64,000 nt of DNA from an uncultured Alphaproteobacteria bacterium (GTDB lineage Bacteria; Pseudomonadota; Alphaproteobacteria; ATCC43930; CGMCC-115725): contig CAVXKY010000010.1 in assembly GCA_963762425.1 (NCBI GenBank), forward strand, positions 16,324-80,323, in the 5' to 3' direction. How positions within the stretch are numbered: position 1 is the stretch's first letter; each line of letters opens with the position of its first letter. Shown in pieces: positions 62,624-64,000 of the stretch. The position numbers were made by a program, and so were the translations under genes. The notes under the pieces are model-generated. The model saw nothing but the letters and a program-made list of their open reading frames with translations, searched no databases and was not told where the DNA came from.

Positions 62624-62654
62624 CCCTTGATCGGGCTCGGCCCTAGCCCCACAT
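62624..62654 (+). promoter_or_regulatory. Candidate RpoH (sigma-32)-type promoter of hsp20
   Basis: CCCTTGAT-N15-CCCCACAT compared with the E. coli-type consensus CCCTTGAA-N13-17-CCCCATNT. Confidence 0.4.
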
Positions 62655-62749
62655 TATGATCGAAGGGCGGCGCTTATCGGGCCGCTCGGACGTCCGGGGA
62701 TGCCCATCCGGGGCCCCGTTTCGGACTTAGCTCATCGGAGGAGGTCCTT
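62655..62749 (+). promoter_or_regulatory. Candidate ROSE-like RNA thermometer in the hsp20 5' UTR
   Basis: Three successive hairpins. The last (62723-62747, GGACUUAGCUC-AUCG-GAGGAGGUCC with an internal mismatch) pairs a U-rich anti-SD with the GGAGGAGG Shine-Dalgarno 3 nt before the TTG start. Confidence 0.3.
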
Positions 62750-63199
62750 TTGTCCCGTTTGTCGCTGTTCAATTCGCCGCTGTTGCTGGGCTTCGACCAT
62801 TTCGAGCGCGCGCTCGACCGGGTCGCCAAGACCACGGCCGACGGTTATCCTCCTTATAACGTCGAACAGACCGGCGAGAACGCGCTGCGGATCACGCTCG
62901 CGGTCGCCGGTTTCACCATGGACAATCTCTCGGTCCAGATCGAGGACAACCAGCTCGTCATCCGCGGCAAGCAGGAAGAGGATAAGGACCGGGTCTATCT
63001 CCATCGCGGCATCGCCGCGCGCCAGTTCCAGCGCTCCTTCGTCCTGGCCGACGGCATCGAGGTCGGCGGCGCCAGGTTGGAGAACGGGCTGTTGCAGGTC
63101 GATCTGACGCGCCGCGTCGCGGCAAGCCGGGTCACGCGGGTGGAAATCCGCGGCGAGGCCGAGGAATTGGCGGGGGCGAAAGGAAAGCGTAGCACATGA
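62750..63199 (+). CDS. Hsp20/alpha-crystallin family small heat-shock protein (IbpA-like)
   Basis: TTG start. GYPPYNVEQTGENALRITLAVAGF..LVIRGK..YLHRGIAARQFQRSFVLADGIEV..A.LENGLL.VDL. Confidence 0.88.
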   Translation: MSRLSLFNSPLLLGFDHFERALDRVAKTTADGYPPYNVEQTGENALRITLAVAGFTMDNLSVQIEDNQLVIRGKQEEDKDRVYLHRGIAARQFQRSFVLADGIEVGGARLENGLLQVDLTRRVAASRVTRVEIRGEAEELAGAKGKRST

Positions 63200-63209
63200 C
63201 GTGCGAAGC
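63187..63209 (+). repeat. REP-like short unit overlapping the hsp20 stop codon
   Basis: gcgtagCACatgacGTGcgaagc. The TGA of hsp20 (63197-63199) lies in its loop. Confidence 0.6.
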
Positions 63210-63224
63210 AAAAGGTAGGATGTC

Positions 63225-63446
63225 ATGAACCACAACCAAGCCGAACGGCTCAAGCTGATCTCGCCCAAGGAATTCGCCTATTGGGGCTTGCAGGATGTCG
63301 CCTATATCCGGCGCGTCACCGTCAACGACCAGCCGGGCTATGCGATCCATGCCGCCGATGGCACGCCGATGGGGATGATGCCGAGCCTCGACGTGGCCCA
63401 GGCCGCGTTGCGCCAGCACGATCTGGAGCCGCTCAGCGTCCACTAA
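63225..63446 (+). CDS. DUF1150 family protein (common hsp20 partner in Alphaproteobacteria)
   Basis: ISPKEFAYWGLQDVAYIRRVTVNDQPGYAIHAADGTPMG. Confidence 0.75.
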   Translation: MNHNQAERLKLISPKEFAYWGLQDVAYIRRVTVNDQPGYAIHAADGTPMGMMPSLDVAQAALRQHDLEPLSVH

Positions 63447-63485
63447 ATGCAGCGGCCGCGCGCTTAACGACGACTCTTAATTTTC

Positions 63486-63508
63486 GCTTCGCCCTGATCG
63501 GGCTACGC
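63486..63508 (-). repeat. REP-like short unit with a GCCC/GGGC stem
   Basis: gcttcGCCctgatcGGGctacgc, which is the reverse complement of gcgtagCCCgatcaGGGcgaagc. Confidence 0.55.
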
Positions 63509-63972
63509 TACGCGGCGTGACTCGCGCCGCGGTCGACCAGCAGCGCGTAAAGCGCGTCGGCGCGGTCGGTGCCGCGCAGCTTCTCGCAGGTGGCGCGGTC
63601 GCGCAGCAATCGGGAAACCAGCGCCAGCGCCTTGAGATGGTCGCCGCCCGCTCCTTCCGGCGTCAGCAGCAGGAAGATCAGATCGACCGGGCGGTTGTCC
63701 ACCGCCTCGAAGTCGATGGGCTTTTCCAGCCGCGCGAAGAAACCCCGGGGCGCCGCCAGGCCCGGCAGCCGTCCATGCGGCACGGCGACGCCGTTGCCGA
63801 TGCCGGTCGAGCCCAGCCGCTCGCGTTCCATCAGGATGTCGTAGAGCGCCCGCTCCTCGCAGCCGAACAGGGGTGCGGCGCGCTTGGCCAGGTCCTGGAG
63901 CGCCTGTTTCTTGTTGGAGGCCTTGAGGCTGGCGGCGACCGATTTGGGCGTCAGCAGGTCGGAAATTTCCAT
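63508..63972 (-). CDS. ptsN: PTS IIA-like nitrogen regulatory protein PtsN (EIIA-Ntr)
   Basis: 154-aa ORF. RERLGSTGIGNGVAVPHGR (phosphorylatable His context), DLIFLLL. Confidence 0.9.
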   Translation of the reverse strand: MEISDLLTPKSVAASLKASNKKQALQDLAKRAAPLFGCEERALYDILMERERLGSTGIGNGVAVPHGRLPGLAAPRGFFARLEKPIDFEAVDNRPVDLIFLLLTPEGAGGDHLKALALVSRLLRDRATCEKLRGTDRADALYALLVDRGASHAA

Positions 63973-64000
63973 GGCGCGGGTGTGCGGCTTGACGGCACTC

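Overview
High-GC chromosomal segment with alphaproteobacterial hallmarks: pckA / chvI-chvG / hprK-rapZ-EIIA-HPr-ptsI cluster, tsaE-AmgK-like-MurU-like-addB-addA-trxA synteny, trpFBA-accD-folC, pyrF, ihfB-rpsA-cmk-aroA, ptsN, hsp20-DUF1150 and a CtrA-type box upstream of an flp pilin. It is mostly housekeeping and transport genes plus two tRNAs, Arg-CCG and Ala-GGC. I found no integrase, transposase, CRISPR array or recognisable defence system. The points worth a second look are: (1) an abrupt block of about 8 kb (38.9-47.3 kb) where addB, addA, trxA, a bicupin gene and amtB are each broken by many single-base frameshifts, with a few isolated frameshifts elsewhere (polA, a PAS histidine kinase, an fpr-like gene, the AmgK-like gene, trpA, trpB); (2) a diverged, out-of-frame 265-bp tandem duplication of the folC 3' end; (3) a dispersed REP-like hairpin family, GCGTAGC-N9-GCGAAGC, with compensatory stem changes, one 4 x 32 bp tandem array, and clustering at gene 3' ends and around both tRNAs; (4) two paralogous promoter modules carrying perfect FNR/FixK palindromes in a lower-GC stress-gene stretch; (5) an orphan B12-binding radical SAM enzyme with an unassigned C-terminal extension; (6) a BigR-like sulfur locus with a truncated MBL-hydrolase remnant beside a low-GC AhpD-like gene. 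All calls come from manual reading of the sequence and the ORF track, and no database search was run.
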